Source: Acidobacteriota bacterium
GTDB taxonomy: Bacteria; Acidobacteriota; Blastocatellia; UBA7656
Direction of reading: 5' to 3'
Assembly: GCA_016201275.1 (NCBI GenBank)
Contig: JACQDB010000043.1
Span: 339 to 64,338, forward strand
DNA: 64,000 bases
In this document: piece by piece, positions 41,750-50,745 of the stretch
Position numbering within the stretch: position 1 is the stretch's first letter
How the letters are laid out: each line of letters opens with the position of its first letter
Made by a program: the position numbers and the translations under genes
Notes under the pieces: generated by a model
What the model saw: only the letters and a program-made list of their open reading frames with translations
Databases searched by the model: none
Told to the model about the DNA's origin: nothing

Positions 41750-42349
41750 TTATTCGCTGGGTTCGTAAAGCTTCTCTTGTTTGGTGCCGCGAGCCAACAA
41801 CACCGCGCCCACCATTGCTACCAGCAACAACACCGAAGCGATTTCAAACGGCAAGGCGGCTTCTTTGTAAAGCGATTGGCCTACCTCTTGAGTGTCGGTG
41901 GAAATCTGCGAGCCAGCGCCTGACTTGGTGGATTCCGCTGGCGCTTCTTTGCTTTGCGCGGCGGCCTCGGAAGGCTGCGGGCGAAATGCCGGTTGCGCCG
42001 AATTCATGGCAAAGAAAAACGACACCGCCAATAGCAAAGTAAGCATCACCGCTGGCCACATCTGCCCGGTGTAGAGTTTTACTTTCGCCTCTTCTTCGGC
42101 GCGGGTCTGCACCAACATGATGACAAACAGAAACAGCACCATCACGCCGCCTACATAAACCAGTATCTGCACACCAGCGACAAATTCGGCGCGCAGCAGG
42201 ATGAACAACAAGGCGATGTTGACCAGCGTTGAAATCAGAAAGAGAGCCGAATGCACGGCCAATCGCGCCGACACCACCAACACGCCCATGATGAGCGTTG
42301 AAAATGCCAGCACATAAAACAGCACTGCTTCCCAACCGTGTAATTGCAT
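41750..42349 (-). CDS. nuoJ: NADH-quinone oxidoreductase subunit J
   Basis: AEFVAGVQILVYVGGVMVLFLFVIML, PFEIASVLLLVAMVGA. Confidence 0.93.
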   Translation of the reverse strand: MQLHGWEAVLFYVLAFSTLIMGVLVVSARLAVHSALFLISTLVNIALLFILLRAEFVAGVQILVYVGGVMVLFLFVIMLVQTRAEEEAKVKLYTGQMWPAVMLTLLLAVSFFFAMNSAQPAFRPQPSEAAAQSKEAPAESTKSGAGSQISTDTQEVGQSLYKEAALPFEIASVLLLVAMVGAVLLARGTKQEKLYEPSE

Positions 42350-42351
42350 CG

Positions 42352-42452
42352 TAGTCCTTAATCCTTAGTCCTTAGTCCTTAGTTCCCTTTCTTTGATATT
42401 CAGGTCGGTGGCAGATTTCTCTCACCGACTAATGACCAGGGACTAAGGACTA
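42352..42452. repeat. Inverted heptamer arrays (TAGTCCT)n ... (GGACTAA)n
   Basis: One arm starts at the nuoI TAG; the other ends 2 nt before the nuoJ ATG. Confidence 0.9.
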
Positions 42453-42995
42453 TTTCGTGTACTTGACGTAGCTGATGCCTTTTTCGAGCATCTCGCGGTC
42501 CCAACGAAAGCCTGAGCGATGATAGACGGCAAGCTCGAAACCTTGAGTCAATTCTAGGCAATCCGTTGGGCAGGCTTCCGAACAGAGATTGCAAAACATA
42601 CAACGCGAGGTGTCGAAGGTAAACGTCGTCAGCACTTTTTTCTTGTTCACCTTTGCGCCATCGCGCACTTCGCGGCGAATCGAACCGACATCTATGCAGT
42701 CCACCGGACAGGCCAGCGCGCACAGGTCGCAAGCGATGCACAAGGTGCCGCCGGTTTCCGGGTCAAGGTTCAAACGCGGCGCGCCTCGGTAACGCTCCGA
42801 CACTCGCGCCGCCTCAAGCGGGTACTGCTCGGTGTAGAGCGCTTGATGCGGATTGCCGCCATCGCGTTTTTCATACAGAGCGCGAATATTATATTTGAAG
42901 GTTACGGCCAGACCCTTGAAGAGGTCTAAAAGTAACAGCCGTTTGATAATGCCGGAGAAACTGCGCTTTCTTCCGGCTACGTTTATTGCTGGCAT
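42450..42995 (-). CDS. nuoI: NADH-quinone oxidoreductase subunit I
   Basis: CIACDLCALACP and CMFCNLCSEACP 2x[4Fe-4S] motifs; TEQYP. Confidence 0.93.
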   Translation of the reverse strand: MPAINVAGRKRSFSGIIKRLLLLDLFKGLAVTFKYNIRALYEKRDGGNPHQALYTEQYPLEAARVSERYRGAPRLNLDPETGGTLCIACDLCALACPVDCIDVGSIRREVRDGAKVNKKKVLTTFTFDTSRCMFCNLCSEACPTDCLELTQGFELAVYHRSGFRWDREMLEKGISYVKYTK

Positions 42996-43077
42996 AATTC
43001 ACCTACTTACAAAAAACCAAACTTGATAGCGCAAAAAACCATTGGTTGATGCGAATCGTTAATCACAGAATCCGTTT

Positions 43078-43240
43078 TTGCGGCTCTGCCGCTTTGAGAT
43101 GCGGAAAGGCTCGGACTTTCCGGCAAGGCGACAGGAACGCTTCAACGGCTACGCCGCCAATTGGGGCGCAGCCCCGAAACCTTTCAACGAATCCTCCGGC
43201 GGGGCAAAGCCACCGCCGCACATCAAAGCGGCAAAGCCGC
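43078..43240. repeat. Palindromic core shared with the MITEs at 55695 and 57128
   Basis: gcggctctgccgctttgagatgcgg ... ccgcacatcaaagcggcaaagccgc. Confidence 0.8.
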
Positions 43241-43340
43241 CTGACGCTTTGACACAGAACCCCTAACAGGAAGGCGTTGGTTTATCAATCGGAAATCGCC
43301 GCTTAACCCTGATTCAAGAATGCGGCGCTCAATCTTAAAC

Positions 43341-44705
43341 TTATTCCGCTGCTTCGGCGTTTTCCATCTTTTTCAAACGCTCGCGGCGCAACTTGAATTG
43401 TAACTGGCGCTGCTCGTCGAGATTGAAATCATTGGAGCGCCGATTGATTGCCGCAAGCAGCGCCCAGACCATTGGAACCGTAATGAGAAAACCTGTAGCT
43501 ACGAAATAGATAACGCCTGCCCACTGGGTTGGCACTAATCGCCCACTCACATCTTTCATGAAATTAAATCTCAAGAAAAATTTTAGAAAGTCCGGGAGTG
43601 AGGCTTTTGTACTAGGCAATGCAAGCACATACCAGATAGCGGTCATCACGATGTTTGCGAGTCCCGCCGGAATCATCCACTTCCAGCCAATCTCCATCAA
43701 CTGGTCGTAGCGATAACGCGGCCACGTCCAGCGTATCCACATGAAAGCGTAAATCAACACCATCACCTTCGTGGCGAAAATAACGATGCTCAAAAAGACG
43801 AACAGATTGGGCGAAGACTTTTCGATAAGGCTCAGGCCGGGAAACGACCAGCCGCCCAGATAAAGTGTCACGGCAATCGAAGAGGTGACAATCATCGCGG
43901 TGTATTCCGCCATAAAAAACAGCGCCCAGCGAAAGCCCGAATACTCGGTGTGATAACCGGCGACGAGTTCCGATTCGGCTTCCGGCAAATCAAAAGGTGC
44001 GCGATTGGTTTCGCCTAACGCGCAGATGACGTAAACCAGAAAGCCCAGCGGTTGAAAGAAGAAATACCATACGCCATCGGCGCGTTGCGCTTCGACAATG
44101 CCATTCATCGAAAGCGTGCGCGCAAACATCAAGGCTCCGATAATCGAAAGCCCCATGCCGATTTCATAACTCAACATCTGCGCCGACGAACGCAATGCGC
44201 CAAGCAGTGAATACTTCGAGTTGGAAGACCAACCGGCCAACACCAACCCCAACACCGCGACCGACGAAACCGCCAGAATAAACAGCAGGCCAATGTTGAC
44301 GTTGGCAATCGTTCCCCAGCCTGCGCCCCACGGCACCACCGCAAGAACGACCAGAGCGGCGACCACGGCGATAATCGGCGCGAGTTGAAAAATCGCTTTG
44401 TCGGCTTTAATCGGGATGATGTCTTCTTTGAGCAGCAGTTTCAAACCATCGGCAGCCGGTTGCAAAAGTCCCCAAGGGCCTACGCGCATAGGGCCAAGCC
44501 GCGCCTGCATGAAGGCCGACACCTTGCGCTCCAGATAAACCAGATAGGCAACCAGGGTCAAGATGATGAACAGCACCACGATGATTTGAATGAGCGGCCA
44601 GACGATGTACTCCGACCAAAAGACATTCGGCTGTTTCTCTTTGGTGAGATATTCTCGCACCCATTGCGGCGCAACCAGGAGTAATGTCGAAAGTATAGCT
44701 GTCAT
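43341..44705 (-). CDS. nuoH: NADH-quinone oxidoreductase subunit H (C-terminally extended)
   Basis: ERKVSAFMQARLGP, ADGLKLLLKE, ETNRAPFDLPEAESELVAGY, PRYRYDQLM. Confidence 0.95.
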   Translation of the reverse strand: MTAILSTLLLVAPQWVREYLTKEKQPNVFWSEYIVWPLIQIIVVLFIILTLVAYLVYLERKVSAFMQARLGPMRVGPWGLLQPAADGLKLLLKEDIIPIKADKAIFQLAPIIAVVAALVVLAVVPWGAGWGTIANVNIGLLFILAVSSVAVLGLVLAGWSSNSKYSLLGALRSSAQMLSYEIGMGLSIIGALMFARTLSMNGIVEAQRADGVWYFFFQPLGFLVYVICALGETNRAPFDLPEAESELVAGYHTEYSGFRWALFFMAEYTAMIVTSSIAVTLYLGGWSFPGLSLIEKSSPNLFVFLSIVIFATKVMVLIYAFMWIRWTWPRYRYDQLMEIGWKWMIPAGLANIVMTAIWYVLALPSTKASLPDFLKFFLRFNFMKDVSGRLVPTQWAGVIYFVATGFLITVPMVWALLAAINRRSNDFNLDEQRQLQFKLRRERLKKMENAEAAE

Positions 44706-44716
44706 AATAATCCAAG

Positions 44717-44830
44717 TGCTGAGGACTGAGGGCTAAGGACTGAGTAAGAAATTAGACGCAAGCTATCAGGTTTGCGATTTGCCAATCATTGCAGACAAGT
44801 TTTTCACTCAGTCCTCAGTCCTCAGTCCTT
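44717..44830. repeat. Inverted heptamer arrays (GAGGACT)n ... (CAGTCCT)n, opposite orientation to the other nuo copies
   Basis: tgctgaggactgagggctaaggactgagt ... actcagtcctcagtcctcagtcctt. Confidence 0.9.
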
Positions 44831-45963
44831 TATCTATCAACTTCGCCTAAAACGATGTCAATCGTTCCGATAATTGCCACCACATCGGCAACCAGATGGC
44901 CTATGGACATTTTCTTCAACGCCTGTAGATTAATGTATGAAGGCGGACGGATACGCATACGATAGGGTTTGCCGGTTCCGTCGCTCACCAGGTAAACGCC
45001 GATTTCGCCTTTGGGCGCTTCTATCGAATGATAGATTTCGCCGACCGGCGGCTTGATAATCTTCGGCACTTTCGCCATCACCGGCCCTTCCGGCAAACCA
45101 TCGAGCGCCTGTTCGATGATACTGAGCGATTGCCGCATCTCTGCCATGCGACAAAGATAGCGGTCATAAGTGTCGCCGTTTTCGCCCACCGGAATTTCAA
45201 AATCGAAATCGGCATAAGCCGCATACGGTTGCGCTTTGCGTATGTCGTATTTGACGCCCGAACCGCGCAGTACGGGGCCGGTCAAACTCAAATTGATAGC
45301 GTCTTCGGCAGACAACACGCCTATGCCAACGGTGCGGCTCAACCAGATACGGTTGCTGTTTAACAGCGTTTCATATTCATCAATGCGAGTGGGCATCATC
45401 TTCAAAAATTCTTTGACGCGATCAACGAATTCCGGGTAGGCGTCCCATTGCAGACCGCCGATGCGGAAAGCGTGTGCGGTGAGCCGTGCGCCGATGAAGT
45501 CTTCAAAGATTTTTAAGATCTCTTCGCGTTCGCGGAAACAGTAGAGCAAGACCGTCACCGCGCCTATATCAATGGCGTGCGTACCAAGCCACAACAGATG
45601 CGAAGCGATGCGCTGCAATTCAGTCAGGGCAACGCGCAGATATTGCGCGCGACGCGGCACTTCGACCTGCAATAATTTTTCTACGCCCTCGACGTAACAC
45701 AAATCGTTGGAGACGGCGGCGACATAATCGAGCCGATCCCAATAAGGCGTGATCATTTGATAGGTGTCGTGTTCGGCAATCTTTTCCACACCGCGATGCA
45801 GATAGCCGATGTCACAATCGAGGTCGGTTACGGTTTCGCCGTCGAGTTTTAAGATGACGCGCAACACGCCGTGCGTCGAAGGATGCTGCGGCCCCATGTT
45901 CAGCACCATCTCTTCGGCGTCGAGCAGCGTTTCGTGCGGTTTAATCGCTTCCTGGCTTTGCAT
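44830..45963 (-). CDS. nuoD: NADH-quinone oxidoreductase subunit D
   Basis: [38 protein letters not shown]. Confidence 0.96.
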   Translation of the reverse strand: MQSQEAIKPHETLLDAEEMVLNMGPQHPSTHGVLRVILKLDGETVTDLDCDIGYLHRGVEKIAEHDTYQMITPYWDRLDYVAAVSNDLCYVEGVEKLLQVEVPRRAQYLRVALTELQRIASHLLWLGTHAIDIGAVTVLLYCFREREEILKIFEDFIGARLTAHAFRIGGLQWDAYPEFVDRVKEFLKMMPTRIDEYETLLNSNRIWLSRTVGIGVLSAEDAINLSLTGPVLRGSGVKYDIRKAQPYAAYADFDFEIPVGENGDTYDRYLCRMAEMRQSLSIIEQALDGLPEGPVMAKVPKIIKPPVGEIYHSIEAPKGEIGVYLVSDGTGKPYRMRIRPPSYINLQALKKMSIGHLVADVVAIIGTIDIVLGEVDR

Positions 45964-45968
45964 AAGTA

Positions 45969-46065
45969 TGAGTCCTTAGTCCTCAGTCCTTAGTCCTCAG
46001 CTTGTCGTCACACGCTTTCGTTCGAGCGAATAACTAATGACCAGGGACTAAGGACTAGGGACTAA
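45969..46065. repeat. Inverted heptamer arrays (AGTCCTY)n ... (GGACTAR)n
   Basis: Four units upstream of the nuoD ATG, paired with four units just after the nuoC stop. Confidence 0.9.
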
Positions 46066-46068
46066 AAT

Positions 46069-47091
46069 CTATCTGCGTTGGGCGTATTTCACATCAATCA
46101 AACTGGTATCATAATCCACTTCGCGATAGTCAATGTGTTTATCCGTCCACTCGTTGTCGCGGTATTCAATCGGATACTCTTTGCGAAGCGGATAGCCCGG
46201 CCAATCTTCGGGCAACAGTATGCGCCGCAAATCCGGGTGGCCGTCAAATTTTACGCCGAACATATCAAAGACTTCGCGCTCCATCCAATTCGCGCCTGCC
46301 CAAATTGAGGTGACGCTGGGCGCGGCTTCGCCTTCAGCAATCGCCGTCTTGACGCGCAGGCGTTGATTTTTGGATACCGAATATAAATTGGCCACGATGT
46401 CAAATTCCGCGCCAGTTTTGTCTGGCCAGTGCAGTGCCGTCAAATCGGCGCACATGGTAAACGCGCCGTCTTCGTCATCGTGCAGGAAGCGGCACAGTTT
46501 CAAATACGCATCTTTGTTGACGCGAATGATGCGTTGTCCGAAGGTCTTGACGGTTTCGGTGATGGCGTCGGGGAATTTGGCTTTGAGTTTATCAATGAAG
46601 GGATCGTCTTTAATCTCTTCGGTGACGGTTGGCCCTTTTTTAGCAGGCGGCGCGGGTTTGGCAGCGCCCGCCGTAGCGGCTGATGCAGGCGCTTTGGGCG
46701 GCGCGGCGGCTTTCGGCGGCGCAGGCTTTGCGGCAGCTTCCGGCTTGGCTGCGGCATCAGCGGTGGGCGCTTTTGCTTCAGCGCTCGGCGTTGCTTCTGC
46801 TTTTGCTTCAGCGCTCGGTGCGGCGACTTTTGCAGGGACTTCGGGTGTTGCCGGTGCTGTCGGTTTTTCGGTTGCGGCTACAGTCGAAGTTTCGGCCAGA
46901 CTATCGGCAGTCGTATTGCCTGGGCTGGCGCTGGCTTCGGGTTGAGTTTCGCTTGGTGTTTCAGTGGGTAAAGTAGGTGCGGCGACGTTGGCCGGTTGAG
47001 CGGTTGAAGCAACCTCGGCCTCAACCGTTTTCGCGTCCGTCGGTTCAGCATTCTCCGGGACTTCCTGCGTATCTTTGCTTTCGTCTGACAT
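46069..47091 (-). CDS. nuoC: NADH-quinone oxidoreductase subunit C with a long Ala/Pro/Glu-rich N-terminal extension
   Basis: ANWMEREVFDMFG..FDGHPDLRRILLP..W.GYPLRKEYP; start inferred at MSDESK. Confidence 0.92.
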   Translation of the reverse strand: MSDESKDTQEVPENAEPTDAKTVEAEVASTAQPANVAAPTLPTETPSETQPEASASPGNTTADSLAETSTVAATEKPTAPATPEVPAKVAAPSAEAKAEATPSAEAKAPTADAAAKPEAAAKPAPPKAAAPPKAPASAATAGAAKPAPPAKKGPTVTEEIKDDPFIDKLKAKFPDAITETVKTFGQRIIRVNKDAYLKLCRFLHDDEDGAFTMCADLTALHWPDKTGAEFDIVANLYSVSKNQRLRVKTAIAEGEAAPSVTSIWAGANWMEREVFDMFGVKFDGHPDLRRILLPEDWPGYPLRKEYPIEYRDNEWTDKHIDYREVDYDTSLIDVKYAQRR

Positions 47092-47214
47092 AATGGCAAC
47101 CTGCATACTCGCGCACCTTGAAACCTCTAGGGCGCGGAAAAATAGTTACGGTATTGATGACTACTCGCTATTTGAAAAGCTGCTGGAAAATAACTCTGCT
47201 TCTTGACGCAGATG

Positions 47215-47244
47215 CTTTTAGCATAGGCTTGAAAGCCTTGTCAA
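47215..47244 (-). promoter_or_regulatory. Candidate sigma70 promoter of the nuoC-N operon
   Basis: Minus strand TTGACA-18 nt-TAAAAG with an extended TG. Confidence 0.35.
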
Positions 47245-47578
47245 TCTCAGCCCCAAAACTAGGGCGATTGCAAAGTTGGGTAAGAACGAAAAATTCAGCA
47301 GACCAGTGCGGGCGTACCTCCGTGTGCGCCCCTTGATGAATCCGCGAATCATTGCAGTAGTCGCCCATACCAGTTGGCACTTGATTTCAGCCACCATCAT
47401 CAGGCAGACAGCCGAGCCATGCCGGTCTCGCTATAAAAAGGCAGGCACACAAACTGGCAGTGTAAAGGAGCAAAGGATGAGACGGGTTCGCCGAATCACA
47501 GCCATAGGCGGGTGCGGCGAATCCGCTCAATTGGTGGTCTATACAGATAGACGCTACGCCTCGCTTGATCTTCAAGCC

Positions 47579-48964
47579 TCAACAGCGGCATGACTTTTCG
47601 GCAACCTGCATGGCCTGTTTGATCGAATCGCCGAGCGAGATGCCGCGCAGATAATTGCCGCTTAAAAAAAGCCCTGTGCGGTTTTGCAAAGCCGCTTCCA
47701 CTGCCGTGATGCGCGCCGCATGACCCAAAATATATTGCGGCAGCGCACGCTGGTGGCGCGTGATCGGCAAGCGCCGTGGCTCGCCCGTGAGTCCTAAAAC
47801 TTTGTGTAAATCCTGATGCACGGTGGCGATCAATTCGTCATCGCTCAAGGTGATGGCTTCGCGGTCGGTTGCGCCGCCTATGTAATTGGTCAAACACACC
47901 CAGCCTGCGGGCGCACGTTCAGGAAACAGCGACGAATTCCACACCGAGCCGAGGGTTCGCAAACCGGCGCTACGCGGCGCTAGAAAACCGAAGCCGTCGA
48001 GCGGTCTTGCTAACTGTTCCTGACGATAAGCGAGCGGCACTGAAGCCAAACTCGCATACGGTATATCGGCAATCAAGGAAGCAATCTCCGGCGCGCACTC
48101 CTTGAGCAACAGCGCCGCCGCATCAGCCGGTGTCGCCACAATCAAGGTCGCCGCCGCCACCGTGTGCCGTGTGCCCTGATGCTCGAACACCACTTCAAAA
48201 CGCGCCGACGAATTCGCTTCGTTGTTGTCGCGTATGCTTGTCACCTGAGCTTCGCGCAAAAAATTCTCGCCTAAACTTTTCGCCAGCCTGCCAGGTAAGG
48301 CTTCGAGTCCGCGCCGAAACGAACATAAACGATAGGGACGCAAAGAACGCTTGGGCGTCGCTTGGCCGTTGCGCCCTGCGCGCATCGCTCGCAAGGCCCC
48401 GCGCAGTATGCTGCCGCCTGCAATTTCAAACTCCGGCAACTTCGCAAAGCTTGCCTGCACGCTCAATTGTTCGACATCACCGGCATAGACTCCCGAAACA
48501 AATGGGCTGACCAGGCGCTCCAATACCTGCCGCCCAAGTCTGCGTTCGATGAACGATGCGACGCTCTCTTCGCCTGCTTCACGGCGCGCTTTGATGAACG
48601 GTTCGCCGAGCAGACGAAACTTTGCGCCGATTGAAAGCAGTTTGGTTTTGATCAACGCCGGTGGACTCATCGGCACGGCGTGCAGCGCGCCGTCCACGTA
48701 AACATAAGCGGGCGCTGTCGCGTCGCCCGTCACCAATTCATCCTGCAAGCCGAGTTCTTCCAGCAAGTCTAAAAATTCATGCGTGCCGCGCAGACTGTTG
48801 GGGCCGCGTTCAATCAGAAAGCCATCGGCATCGAGGCTTTTGATGACGCCGCCTGCGTGCTTGCTGTTTTCGAGGAGCAGAATAGTTCGCCCCGCTTGTT
48901 GCAGATGACTGGCCGTGACCAATCCCGCTATGCCTGCGCCGATGATGATGGAATGAAGCGCCAT
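47579..48964 (-). CDS. hemG: Protoporphyrinogen oxidase (HemY-type)
   Basis: GAGIAG, ERGPNS, SGVYAGD, GFGFL, ALPQY..GH; next to hemN. Confidence 0.9.
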   Translation of the reverse strand: MALHSIIIGAGIAGLVTASHLQQAGRTILLLENSKHAGGVIKSLDADGFLIERGPNSLRGTHEFLDLLEELGLQDELVTGDATAPAYVYVDGALHAVPMSPPALIKTKLLSIGAKFRLLGEPFIKARREAGEESVASFIERRLGRQVLERLVSPFVSGVYAGDVEQLSVQASFAKLPEFEIAGGSILRGALRAMRAGRNGQATPKRSLRPYRLCSFRRGLEALPGRLAKSLGENFLREAQVTSIRDNNEANSSARFEVVFEHQGTRHTVAAATLIVATPADAAALLLKECAPEIASLIADIPYASLASVPLAYRQEQLARPLDGFGFLAPRSAGLRTLGSVWNSSLFPERAPAGWVCLTNYIGGATDREAITLSDDELIATVHQDLHKVLGLTGEPRRLPITRHQRALPQYILGHAARITAVEAALQNRTGLFLSGNYLRGISLGDSIKQAMQVAEKSCRC

Positions 48965-48969
48965 ACGAA

Positions 48970-50382
48970 TTAGAGTGTACGGGAAAATACTTTTTGTTGC
49001 ATCGCTGGCGTTTGCAGATAAGCGTCAAAGACCATAGCGATGTTGCGTATGAAGATGCGTCCGAGCGCCGCGACAGCGATGCGGTCGTCTTCGCGGCGCA
49101 CCAGTTGGTCGCGCTCCAAGTCCGCGAGCCGCGCCAACTCTAAAGCAAAATGGTCATCGAAATGAATGCCGAATTCGCGCTCGATTTCCGACTTGATAAC
49201 CAAGCCATGACAGAGCAGGCGATTGATGACGGCGCGGCGCAATTGATCTTCGGCGCTCACCCGCATACCGCGCATGGTCGGCCACTCGCCGCGATCTATG
49301 GCCGCGTAATAAGCGGGCAAATCGCGCCAGTTCTGCGCGTACACCGCTTCGAGGCCGCTGATCGAACTGACGCCCAAGCCGTAGAGGTCGCAATTGGCTT
49401 TGGTGGTATAACCTTGAAAGTTGCGATGCAGCGAGCGCTGGTCCTGCGCTTTGCATAATTCATCGTCGGGGCGCGCAAAATGATCCATGCCTATGTAGCG
49501 ATAACCAGCGTCGGTCAAGCGTGCAATCGCCTGATGAAAGATGCGGAATTTCTCTAACCCTTGCGGCAGATGTTTGGCAAAACTGCCTTGCTGTTTCTTC
49601 AGCCACGGTACGTGCGCGTAACTGAACACCGCTATGCGGTCGGGATTCATGGCGATGATTTTCTCCACCGTGTCGCCGAAGCTTTCGAGCGTTTGATGCG
49701 GCAAGCCGTAAATTAAATCCACATTGATGCTCGTAAATCCCAACGTGCGGCAATACTCAAACAAGGCTCTGGTCAGGTCGTAAGGCTGCACGCGATGCAC
49801 CGTTTGTTGCACCAGCGGGTTGAAATCCTGTATGCCCATGCTGAGGCGATTGAAGCCCAGATTAGCCAGCACGCGACAATGCTCTTCGGTGGTCGCACGA
49901 GGGTCTATCTCTATGCCGATTTCGGCGTCGGGCGCGAATGAAAAATGCTGTTCAATGGCCGCATATAAATTGACGATTTCATCGGGCGAAAGATAAGTAG
50001 GCGTGCCGCCGCCCCAGTGCAGTTGTTCGACCTGTCGCGACGGCTCGATATTTTCACTGACCGTGGCCATCTCTTTTTTGAGATGGTCAAGATAAGGATT
50101 GGTCACCTTGCGATTTTTGCTGATGACCGTATTGCAGCCACAGAACAGACAGAGCGCCTGACAAAAGGGCAGATGAAAATAGAGCGACAGCGGCGCGGGT
50201 TGCGCTTTGCGGTTGGCCTCGCAGAAGGCTTGGCGTAAATCCTCCGCGCCAAAAGCATCGTCCCATTCGGGAGCCGTCGGATAGCTGGTATAACGTGGGC
50301 CGGGCTGGTTGTACTTGTCGAGGAGCGCCGGCGATAGAGTGGCGCGCTCGCCATTGAGGTTCATAGATAAAGTTTCGGTCAT
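48970..50382 (-). CDS. hemN: Oxygen-independent coproporphyrinogen III oxidase
   Basis: GPRYTSYPTA, HLPFCQALCLFCGC radical SAM motif, GGGTP, RNFQGYT. Confidence 0.95.
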   Translation of the reverse strand: MTETLSMNLNGERATLSPALLDKYNQPGPRYTSYPTAPEWDDAFGAEDLRQAFCEANRKAQPAPLSLYFHLPFCQALCLFCGCNTVISKNRKVTNPYLDHLKKEMATVSENIEPSRQVEQLHWGGGTPTYLSPDEIVNLYAAIEQHFSFAPDAEIGIEIDPRATTEEHCRVLANLGFNRLSMGIQDFNPLVQQTVHRVQPYDLTRALFEYCRTLGFTSINVDLIYGLPHQTLESFGDTVEKIIAMNPDRIAVFSYAHVPWLKKQQGSFAKHLPQGLEKFRIFHQAIARLTDAGYRYIGMDHFARPDDELCKAQDQRSLHRNFQGYTTKANCDLYGLGVSSISGLEAVYAQNWRDLPAYYAAIDRGEWPTMRGMRVSAEDQLRRAVINRLLCHGLVIKSEIEREFGIHFDDHFALELARLADLERDQLVRREDDRIAVAALGRIFIRNIAMVFDAYLQTPAMQQKVFSRTL

Positions 50383-50745
50383 GCGCTTTGGCTTCCTGAA
50401 AAAAAATATGAAGCGCGGTTGTGCGATTCTTTTTTCCGCACCACGCTTGTCAGATCAAAGACCTAGCAATGCCTATGCCTGTTTTTATCTAAAGAATTTA
50501 TCGGCGGTTTGCCCGTGCGTTGGGTTGAATCACCTAATTTGCTGGGGAAAATTCCGCTGATCGGTCGCACGGCCAAGCAGCGCGCCACAACGGGCGCGCC
50601 AATTATCCATTTACTGGCGGCGCTTGAGCGAGCGCGTCAAGGACGCAAGGCCAACCCGCCATTGGCGCTTCCCTCGCCGACGATGTGGATGACTTTGCGA
50701 GCCGCGCTTAACGACTTGCCCTTGGCGCGACTGAACGCCCTGCCG

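Noticed and set aside
47107-47578. Hidden nuoA/nuoB or an RNA gene upstream of nuoC
   Set aside because: No frame shows NuoA TM or NuoB CC motifs, and I saw no tRNA- or tmRNA-like structure; only a small REP-like hairpin.
50465-50480. Sigma54-like motif upstream of hemN (AGGCATAGGCATTGCT on the minus strand)
   Set aside because: Spacing is right but the first base deviates from consensus and nothing else supports it.
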